From positions 1 to 64,000 of the IMG/VR virus record IMGVR_UViG_3300029305_003884: DNA of 64,000 nucleotides; one strand, given 5' to 3'. A program made the translations under genes and the position numbers. Positions 57,183 to 64,000 of this stretch are shown here, piece after piece. The notes beneath the pieces were generated by a model that ran no database searches, was not told the DNA's origin, and saw only the letters and a list, made by a program, of their open reading frames with translations. Position 1 is the stretch's first letter. Each line of letters opens with the position of its first letter. Origin of the DNA: a virus (lineage: Duplodnaviria > Caudoviricetes).

Positions 57183-58331
57183 TTACCTCTTGAGATAAGT
57201 AATATCGTTCGAATCGAAATGAGTCGGCATACCGATGCTTTTCAGATAATCAAGTACCTTGAATATCTTGGTAGGATAACTCAGAGCTTCCTTCATCGAA
57301 GCCCTTATATTAACCGCATCGTTGGCGGTAATTTCACCACGGTCCACCATTCGATATAACATCGGCACACTAAGCTCCTTATCATTCTGGAACGGGCTCG
57401 GAGTAGTGCCTATGCCTCCATTATAGCAAGCAAACACGAACGTCATATCTCCAAGATGGTCGTCATCCTTTTCATTGGCGTTAACCTTGTTGCTGCGTTC
57501 GGTATCATACATGAGATACAGAAGATAGCCAGCGGCAAGGTTTATCGCATCTTCGACAACCTCTGGATTCCTCATCTTGCTGGCACTCAGGCCAAACTCG
57601 CCTGCATGCAACCTCGCATCCCGTATCGCATCTGAACCAAGCTGGGCAAGACCACGATATCTAGTCGTCTGCGGTTTATCGTTGAACATACTCTCAATAC
57701 AGATGAGGGCAAGCAGTTCAGCCTCTCCGATTCCACGAGAAGATGTAATCTGGGCCGTATTATGAACAGCACGCAATATGCGTTCTATGTGGGCCGCCTG
57801 CTGTTCTGGTGTATGTTTCACCTTGTATGCCTCGGCTAGGTTAGTTGAAATAAACTTCCTTACTGCATTGTCACTTGGTTCAGAAGCAGATGACTCAGGG
57901 AAAGACACGGACATCGCATCCCTGACTAGACTTCTGTCGTTCGTATCCTTTTTCACTGTAGGAACGGTGTCAAACTTTGCTGGACTGTCCTTATACTCGA
58001 AAGTGGTGTCCTTTTCGTCGAAAGTCCTCTCGGGGAGCTCGGCATACTGTTCGAGCTGTTTGTCATCAAGACCCAACTTTTGAGCCATATCGTGCCAGTC
58101 AGTATTGTAAATACTGGCGCCTGGGCTGCCTCCAATCAGGGCGGCACCACCTACCTTGATGGCCTTGCTAATCTTAGGGTAATACGTTTCCAGGTTGGAC
58201 AACCTGTTATAGAGCCCTTTCCAGTCCACCCCTTCATAGATGGCTGAATGCAGGTCGAAAATCGCTTCCATCTGCACTTTCGGTAAGTCAAGTTGCCTTA
58301 TTGCCTGTCGGAACTGCTCTTCGTTGGTCAT
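57183..58331 (-). CDS. Lytic transglycosylase (SLT) with family leader
   Basis: ALICIES, GLAQL, AAGYL, ACYNGG; start MTNEEQF after a late promoter. Confidence 0.85.
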   Translation of the reverse strand: MTNEEQFRQAIRQLDLPKVQMEAIFDLHSAIYEGVDWKGLYNRLSNLETYYPKISKAIKVGGAALIGGSPGASIYNTDWHDMAQKLGLDDKQLEQYAELPERTFDEKDTTFEYKDSPAKFDTVPTVKKDTNDRSLVRDAMSVSFPESSASEPSDNAVRKFISTNLAEAYKVKHTPEQQAAHIERILRAVHNTAQITSSRGIGEAELLALICIESMFNDKPQTTRYRGLAQLGSDAIRDARLHAGEFGLSASKMRNPEVVEDAINLAAGYLLYLMYDTERSNKVNANEKDDDHLGDMTFVFACYNGGIGTTPSPFQNDKELSVPMLYRMVDRGEITANDAVNIRASMKEALSYPTKIFKVLDYLKSIGMPTHFDSNDITYLKR

Positions 58332-58355
58332 GAAAAATCCATTAGTATCCACCAA

Positions 58356-58404
58356 TAGTTTATAAAGTCCAGCTTCACCGTCCACCCCCCAACATTATAA
58401 ACTA
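58356..58404. promoter_or_regulatory. Back-to-back late promoters
   Basis: TAGTTTATA at 58356-58364 and TATAAACTA at 58396-58404. Confidence 0.8.
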
Positions 58405-58426
58405 TTCGATGATTAGGTGATGCTGT

Positions 58427-60028
58427 ATGAGACCATTTTATTACGTTCGCACAATTGAGAAAATCCTTATTGGACTTATCGACATGTTCAATAACATGTA
58501 TGTCAACAAGTACGATGACATGAATCGTGTTGACTACTCAAGGAGCGCTAAAATACCCATCATCACCCACAACAATGCCAACTTTACGAACTTCTGGTCA
58601 TCGACCCAGTACAAGCAGCTGACGGTTCCGTACCCGATAGGTGCTATCAGGTTCGTAAGCAACGCCCCAGACGCAAGCAATAGGCCGCAACCGACCTATG
58701 CGAGAGAGATTTTCAGCAGGTCGGCAGACCGATGGATTCGTGACATACAACCGACTCCATATACATTCAACTTTGAATTGCAGTTCCAGGCGGACAACAT
58801 ATCCGACATCTTCCAGATAAAGGAGAACATCGAGCCGTACTTCAACGAGTACAGGACTATCGTAATCAAGGAATGGGACTTCGCCCCAGAAATTCCTAGG
58901 CCAGTCGTTGTGGTTATCAACAGCAATACAACCGAGTTGAATGAAGAGGTTAGCGACTCCGATGCACAACAGCAGGTATACAAGGTGACTTACCCGATTA
59001 CCTGCTACGGTGTATATCACAGGCCGTACGAAACACCAGAGATGATTAAGTACGCCGAGATGAACTTCCATATCGACGAAGACCTCATCCACAGGGAACA
59101 GCTCCTCGTCTACCCGAGCGAAATCATACAGCAGAAGAAAAAGCTCTGGGAAACGGTGTGCCCGACAATCAGGGAAGGCTACTCAATTCTGCACACCCTA
59201 TCGACTACTCTTATGCAGAAGCAGGATGCGGACGGCAGCAAGTATTACGAGGATGTCTCGCTAAAACAGTTGCTACTGTTCGACCGTTTCACGACAACGA
59301 CTTACCACGAAGGTTTGAAACTCTGCGGTGTGGACGCATACAACGACCCTGATACAGACTACAAGATTCTTCCAGAAGATTTTGATGCCAATGGTATTCC
59401 CATTTACACATACTGCGAATCGGTAACGGACGACATAACGAGACCTGCAGAAGTCCCGTCGTTCGACCTGCTCCGCTTCAACTTCGACTACGACACTCCT
59501 CACGAAAGCGACCTTAGCGGTTTCGGTCGTGACTTCGTCGCAGTCAACGACGATACGAGAAAGTTCATTCCGAACATCGCCCCTGGAAACGGCCAGGAGG
59601 TGGAAGGCGGCTACGCCGTGGAGGACTACGTCGATTGGAGCAAGATTCTCAACTGGTTCGGCGACAATGCCAATGGCGACATCGAGTCGTCATACACATT
59701 CAAGGCAACCATCCAGTTTGTCGAAGACGCCCCAGGCGATACAATCTTCCAGTACCTCAGCAATGACGAAACCACTCTGTCTGACGGAACGGTCATACCA
59801 GAGGGCGAAGTCTGGTTCGACTGGGGCATGATGAACGGTCGTCTATACTTCACTTACCATACGTCCAGCAAGTACAAGACATTCGTATCTGACGTTATCC
59901 ACCCGAACAAGGAAACCATCTATTCCTTCTATTTCGCCCTGTATGACAAGGGAGACAAGGGTATGTTCGGAGTCAAGACCAATTTTAGTGAAACAATGAT
60001 AGCCCTCAATACGGTTGAGGCTAATTAG
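58427..60028 (+). CDS. Tail sheath stabiliser/terminator (T4 gp15-like) with C-terminal extension
   Basis: FYY.RTIEK...F.N, PTPYTFNFEL, QI.ENI.PYF. Confidence 0.8.
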   Translation: MRPFYYVRTIEKILIGLIDMFNNMYVNKYDDMNRVDYSRSAKIPIITHNNANFTNFWSSTQYKQLTVPYPIGAIRFVSNAPDASNRPQPTYAREIFSRSADRWIRDIQPTPYTFNFELQFQADNISDIFQIKENIEPYFNEYRTIVIKEWDFAPEIPRPVVVVINSNTTELNEEVSDSDAQQQVYKVTYPITCYGVYHRPYETPEMIKYAEMNFHIDEDLIHREQLLVYPSEIIQQKKKLWETVCPTIREGYSILHTLSTTLMQKQDADGSKYYEDVSLKQLLLFDRFTTTTYHEGLKLCGVDAYNDPDTDYKILPEDFDANGIPIYTYCESVTDDITRPAEVPSFDLLRFNFDYDTPHESDLSGFGRDFVAVNDDTRKFIPNIAPGNGQEVEGGYAVEDYVDWSKILNWFGDNANGDIESSYTFKATIQFVEDAPGDTIFQYLSNDETTLSDGTVIPEGEVWFDWGMMNGRLYFTYHTSSKYKTFVSDVIHPNKETIYSFYFALYDKGDKGMFGVKTNFSETMIALNTVEAN

Positions 60029-60039
60029 GAGAACTTATC

Positions 60040-60414
60040 ATGAATCTCTTTGAATCGCAAATCAACAACCTGAACCTCGACCCGTCGATGAAGAAAAGCA
60101 TCATCGAATTGCGAAAGGTGTGCCTGGAAAGCGATGTCGGTGGAATGCCGAATCTCGACTTCGAAAAGCAACAAGCAGAAGCTGCAAAAAATCGGGCCGC
60201 TTTCAATGCCATCAAGGACACGATAAATTTGGCAATGAAAGAAGTTGGGGAAAATCTTCCGAGTAACGTAGAAGGAGAAGCCCTCGGTCAGGCCGTATTG
60301 AAGAGGATACAGGATAAGTACTGTCCGCAGTTTGACAAAACGTATGGTGAGGGGTGGGGTAAAAAGCTTGACATGGAAGCCAAGAAACGGCTCCATAAAT
60401 TAGCCCTACTGTAA
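60040..60414 (+). CDS. Leader-family small protein
   Basis: MNLFESQINNLNLDPSMKKSIIELRKVCLES. Confidence 0.75.
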   Translation: MNLFESQINNLNLDPSMKKSIIELRKVCLESDVGGMPNLDFEKQQAEAAKNRAAFNAIKDTINLAMKEVGENLPSNVEGEALGQAVLKRIQDKYCPQFDKTYGEGWGKKLDMEAKKRLHKLALL

Positions 60415-60421
60415 AGAACGG

Positions 60422-60430
60422 TATAAACTA
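60422..60430 (+). promoter_or_regulatory. Putative late promoter TATAAACTA
   Basis: About 28 nt before the ATG at 60458. Confidence 0.8.
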
Positions 60431-60457
60431 GGTTTAGAATACAATTAGGGTATCTAT

Positions 60458-62086
60458 ATGCTGAAATCTCTTTTTGAAGCGTCAATCGACAGGCTTAATA
60501 TCCCCGTGGATATGAAGACTGCAATCAAGAAAATTAACAACGTCTGTCTTGAAGCGGAAGGCGACAATAAGCCAGACCCGAACGAGCAATGGAAATTCAA
60601 CGCATTCCCCGAAAATAAGGGTAACGCAGCTCCGAATGCCGCTCCGGCCAATAACGCACCGAAGAAAACTCAGGCAGATTTGAACAAGCAATGGAATTTT
60701 ATCGGATTGCCCGAACAACCGTCTAACCAGAAAGACTTTGTTCCAGAAGGAAAACAGGGATGTGTAGACCCAGCAAAACCGTTCAAGAACCTGACTGCGG
60801 AAGAAGCAAAGAACTTGTACACGGTCAACCAAGACAATTCGGCTCAGGCAGCTCCTGCACAGACGGCACAGGCTCAGCCAGCACAGGCTCAGCAACAGGC
60901 CCAGGCCAATGCAAAACCTGCCGCTCCTAAGTACAGGAGGGGTGCCGATGTAGCAACCGTGCAGTTCTTCATCAGGTCAAAACACCCTGAGACGGAACTT
61001 GTCGGAGACGGTATCCTCGGTCCCAAGACAATCCAGGCAATCCAGAAAGTCGAAGACCTGGAGGAAACTGGAAAGATGGACCAGGCGACTCAACAGGCGT
61101 TCAACGATATGCTTAAAGAAGCAAAGGTTAAGGTCAAGGAATTGCAGGAAAAACTTGGTGTGACGGCAGATGGTCTCATCGGTAAGCAGACTCTTGCCGC
61201 AATGAACAAGGCCAACATGAACGTAGCAAACCTGTTTAGCACGCAACCTTCCAATGAGGCTTATGCATCCAAGCAAACCACCCCAGCAACCACTGCGGAA
61301 AACCCAACCGACAAGAAGCTGACATCACACCCTTTTAACAAAGAAAGAGCTGATTCCTTGCTTCAACAAAAATCAATCACACAGCAAGCATACAATATCT
61401 GGAAAAACTTCGGCATAGCCCCTATCATGCAGAAAAAGATGCCGAACGAAACCAAGGCATTTATTGCAAGAGCCCAACAGGAAAAGAAAAACGAAGCCAA
61501 CGCCGCTACCACGACAAAGGGTGAAAAAACTCCTGGTAACCAGGCGTCGAACGGAAATGTTACTCCCCAAAACGACGAAGAAAAGAAGTTCTATGAGGGG
61601 ATGAAAAAGAACTATCTGAAGGTATACCAGGCCTCAGCAAAGCAGAAGGGCAAGAGCGAACTATGGGCCAGCAACATGGCCGATAATGCGGCTAAAGAAG
61701 CCCTTGCCAAGAAGAGGAATGGCACCTGGGGAAAGGCAGCCGAGCAGGGAAATCAGCAGGCCGCTACACCACAAAAAAAAAATAACCAGAACGACGAAGT
61801 CTATCACACGATGAAAGATTCAAAAGGAACAACTGAATACTACTCTGGGAACATTTCCTGGAACAATCTGAGTCCTGAAGAAAAGAAAATCAAAGAGGAC
61901 GCCGAAGCCAAGGAGCAAGCCAAATACTATGATGGAAAACAAGTTAAAAAGAACCCAAAGACAGGCAAACCATACGATGAACAAATAGTGTATAACAGGA
62001 TTCAATCAGCAGGCCAAAACGCTGTTATAAAGAACAGAATGGCGAAAGCTCGTGAAAGACAAGCAGCTGGTGGAAAACAAGGATAA
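60458..62086 (+). CDS. Leader-family protein with peptidoglycan-binding (PG_binding_1) repeats
   Basis: GADVATVQ...DGILGPKT..AI and VKELQEKLGVTADGLIGKQT. Confidence 0.8.
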   Translation: MLKSLFEASIDRLNIPVDMKTAIKKINNVCLEAEGDNKPDPNEQWKFNAFPENKGNAAPNAAPANNAPKKTQADLNKQWNFIGLPEQPSNQKDFVPEGKQGCVDPAKPFKNLTAEEAKNLYTVNQDNSAQAAPAQTAQAQPAQAQQQAQANAKPAAPKYRRGADVATVQFFIRSKHPETELVGDGILGPKTIQAIQKVEDLEETGKMDQATQQAFNDMLKEAKVKVKELQEKLGVTADGLIGKQTLAAMNKANMNVANLFSTQPSNEAYASKQTTPATTAENPTDKKLTSHPFNKERADSLLQQKSITQQAYNIWKNFGIAPIMQKKMPNETKAFIARAQQEKKNEANAATTTKGEKTPGNQASNGNVTPQNDEEKKFYEGMKKNYLKVYQASAKQKGKSELWASNMADNAAKEALAKKRNGTWGKAAEQGNQQAATPQKKNNQNDEVYHTMKDSKGTTEYYSGNISWNNLSPEEKKIKEDAEAKEQAKYYDGKQVKKNPKTGKPYDEQIVYNRIQSAGQNAVIKNRMAKARERQAAGGKQG

Positions 62087-62109
62087 ATAACCGAACATAT
62101 CTTAGTATT

Positions 62110-62141
62110 CACCCACGGTTCCGACCGTGGGTGTTTCGTTT
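62110..62141 (+). terminator. Intrinsic terminator
   Basis: CACCCACGGT-TCCG-ACCGTGGGTG then TTTCGTTT. Confidence 0.8.
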
Positions 62142-62157
62142 AAGGTGTCATCTAGGC

Positions 62158-62166
62158 TATAAACTA
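62158..62166 (+). promoter_or_regulatory. Putative late promoter TATAAACTA
   Basis: About 32 nt before the ATG at 62198. Confidence 0.8.
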
Positions 62167-62197
62167 TAGTCAGATTCAGGATTAAGCTGACCTACAT

Positions 62198-62935
62198 ATG
62201 ACATTGTTCGAGTCTGAAATACGCAAGTTGAATATCCCTAGATGTATCATGGACAGCATCGTGTCCCTGCGGAATATCTGCATGGAAGCTGAACAGCCGC
62301 AGCCACAACAGGCAACCCAACCTGCTCAAAAGCAACCACAGCCACAGCAACAGCAGCCGAAACCGCAACAGAATGCGGCACCCCAGCAACAGCCAGCTCC
62401 TCAGGCACAGCCTCAACAGAATGCACCGCAGACCGCTCAGCAGCCAGCCGCTGGAAATCAGCAAGGCCAGACTCAGCCGCCAGCTCAGGAGAATGGTCAG
62501 CCACAGCAGACAGCCCAGCCTCAACAGGCAAACAACGCACAGGGCAAGCAGCAGATTCCAGAAAACATAGACGAGAACCAAGTTGACAGCAACAAGTTGC
62601 TGAAGCAGTTCAATAATTTTTTGGAGGGTTGCCGAAAGAGAGTTGAAGAGCGCTTGATAGCTGACTTCGGTGATAAAGGAAAGACTATCATAGAAACAGT
62701 AAAGGAGTACACGAAGACGGGTTCCCCGATAGACTTCGATATGGAGATACTTCCGTTGCTCACTAAAAACGGGGAAGCTCCGACGAAGAAAGTTATTAAC
62801 GAGGTGCGTGATAGGCTCCAAAAGTATTTCGGCTTGAAAATCAGCGAGCCCAAGCAAAAGCAGCAGCAAAAAAACGAAAATAAGCAAGAACAGCCCGCAA
62901 AGACGGACGAAAAGCAAGAAGCTCCTCAGAAATAA
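62198..62935 (+). CDS. Leader-family protein with Q/P-rich linker
   Basis: MTLFESEIRKLNIPRCIMDSIVSLRNICMEAE then a QP-rich tract. Confidence 0.75.
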   Translation: MTLFESEIRKLNIPRCIMDSIVSLRNICMEAEQPQPQQATQPAQKQPQPQQQQPKPQQNAAPQQQPAPQAQPQQNAPQTAQQPAAGNQQGQTQPPAQENGQPQQTAQPQQANNAQGKQQIPENIDENQVDSNKLLKQFNNFLEGCRKRVEERLIADFGDKGKTIIETVKEYTKTGSPIDFDMEILPLLTKNGEAPTKKVINEVRDRLQKYFGLKISEPKQKQQQKNENKQEQPAKTDEKQEAPQK

Positions 62936-62936
62936 A

Positions 62937-63443
62937 TCAGTGTGTCAATTGACTAACTAACGCATCTACGTCAACGCAAGATGCGTTATATTTATTTATG
63001 TACACGCTGTTGAACAATTTCATCGTAACAGCATTCAACAGAATCGCCAATGCTTTCTTTTCATCGTCGCTCAGTTTGTACGACGACATCAACATGCAAT
63101 GCTGGTCCCGTCCACCTTTGTTGTTGAAGAGGGTGATATCAATGGGTTCGTCATCGCTTAACCCTACCTTTTCATACATGTGTTTGGCAATGGCGTTGCC
63201 TTTCTCGACAGTAAGGCAGTTCACATCAAACTGGTCCATCAACATTTCGAGCAGACGGCTTCCGACCCCCTGCCCACGTTCCGTTTCCTTGACGGAGAAG
63301 TCGCATAGGAAGTTGACATCGCCCGACTTGACAATCATGGCCTTGGCTACGCCAGATGCTCCCTCTTGCGAATAAGCTGGGTAGGCGACGACTCGATAGA
63401 CGTTTTCCATAGGCTGTTTGATAGATAATTTTAGGTCAAGCAT
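62937..63443 (-). CDS. GNAT acetyltransferase
   Basis: V...RGQGVGSRLL, N..A..MYEKVG; late promoter at 63467-63475. Confidence 0.85.
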   Translation of the reverse strand: MLDLKLSIKQPMENVYRVVAYPAYSQEGASGVAKAMIVKSGDVNFLCDFSVKETERGQGVGSRLLEMLMDQFDVNCLTVEKGNAIAKHMYEKVGLSDDEPIDITLFNNKGGRDQHCMLMSSYKLSDDEKKALAILLNAVTMKLFNSVYINKYNASCVDVDALVSQLTH

Positions 63444-63497
63444 GTCAGTTTCATTGTTTCAAAATATAGTTTATATCCAGACTTAAACGAATTCCCT

Positions 63498-63962
63498 ATG
63501 GTATCTAAATACATCTACTTTGCAGCGAACAACATGGTTGAGCACCCGTTGTACATGAAGAGTTTCATCCTCGGTGAAACAGAAGACATAAACGCACGCC
63601 AGCACCAGTACAATGTCATGCAGAAGGGAATCCAGCAGATACCAACAGGGACACTGACCTCAATCGACGGTCAGGACGGTCTCATCTTCCCGTTTGTAGA
63701 CTACTTCAAGCTTACGCTGAACACCGTGTCAAATGCAAAGAACCGTCATGACACGTTTATCCACGACATCATGCTCCATGAGCGCCCGTTCAAGGACTTG
63801 GTATACCACGTAAAGGATAAACTACTCATGAATACCAAAGAAGCATTTGCGTTCTATAACACGATAGATTTCATCAGGGACATCGAACGGATTAAGGACT
63901 ACCTGATAGAGAACCTGACCAGCTACGGTCACTACACGGTTATGGAATACAAGTTCACGTAG
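63498..63962 (+). CDS. Hypothetical protein, possible GIY-YIG/T5orf172-like
   Basis: YIYF...LGETEDINARQHQYN. Confidence 0.4.
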   Translation: MVSKYIYFAANNMVEHPLYMKSFILGETEDINARQHQYNVMQKGIQQIPTGTLTSIDGQDGLIFPFVDYFKLTLNTVSNAKNRHDTFIHDIMLHERPFKDLVYHVKDKLLMNTKEAFAFYNTIDFIRDIERIKDYLIENLTSYGHYTVMEYKFT

Positions 63963-64000
63963 GATTGTCATGGAAGTAGAACTGTATACCCCAGCAGAAG

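Noticed and set aside
6793-62917. Long antisense ORFs (for example 6793..7584, 10622..11506, 14643..15581, 18706..19677, 52138..53145, 62192..62917)
   Set aside because: They are shadows of well-supported genes on the opposite strand, caused by codon bias, and show no motifs.
1-64000. Stop-codon reassignment as in some gut megaphages
   Set aside because: Core genes are full length in the standard code, and TAG, TGA and TAA all end genes at sensible positions.
1-64000. CRISPR array, rRNA or diversity-generating retroelement
   Set aside because: No regularly spaced direct repeats, rRNA-like sequence, reverse transcriptase or TR/VR pair was seen.

Overview
Segment of a large myovirus (T4-like/jumbo phage) genome in the standard genetic code. 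Virion genes (tail sheath, tube and tube-like proteins, neck, baseplate, head completion, terminase, long tail/baseplate proteins) are interleaved on both strands with replication/recombination genes (clamp loader, SbcD/gp47, UvsY-like), a solitary adenine methyltransferase, a sigma-like factor, sugar-modifying enzymes, a MoxR AAA plus VWA pair and an intact tnpB-only IS200/IS605 element. The main unexplained pattern is a set of about 10 late genes, most directly behind a 15-copy TATAAACTA promoter. They share a ~30-aa N-terminal leader ending in hydrophobic-Glu-small residue, fused via low-complexity linkers to unrelated cargoes (amidase, lytic transglycosylase, peptidoglycan-binding, ferritin-like and hydrophobic-hairpin proteins). 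This suggests a modular capsid-packaging/cleavage tag system. Other signals: an ArfA-like ORF with a terminator before its stop codon, a candidate +1 frameshift in a baseplate/tail chaperone, a kissing-loop RNA leader on tnpB, IS insertion at a late promoter, and a RiPP-like 50-aa peptide missing from the ORF track. All assignments come from motif recognition by eye; no searches were run.
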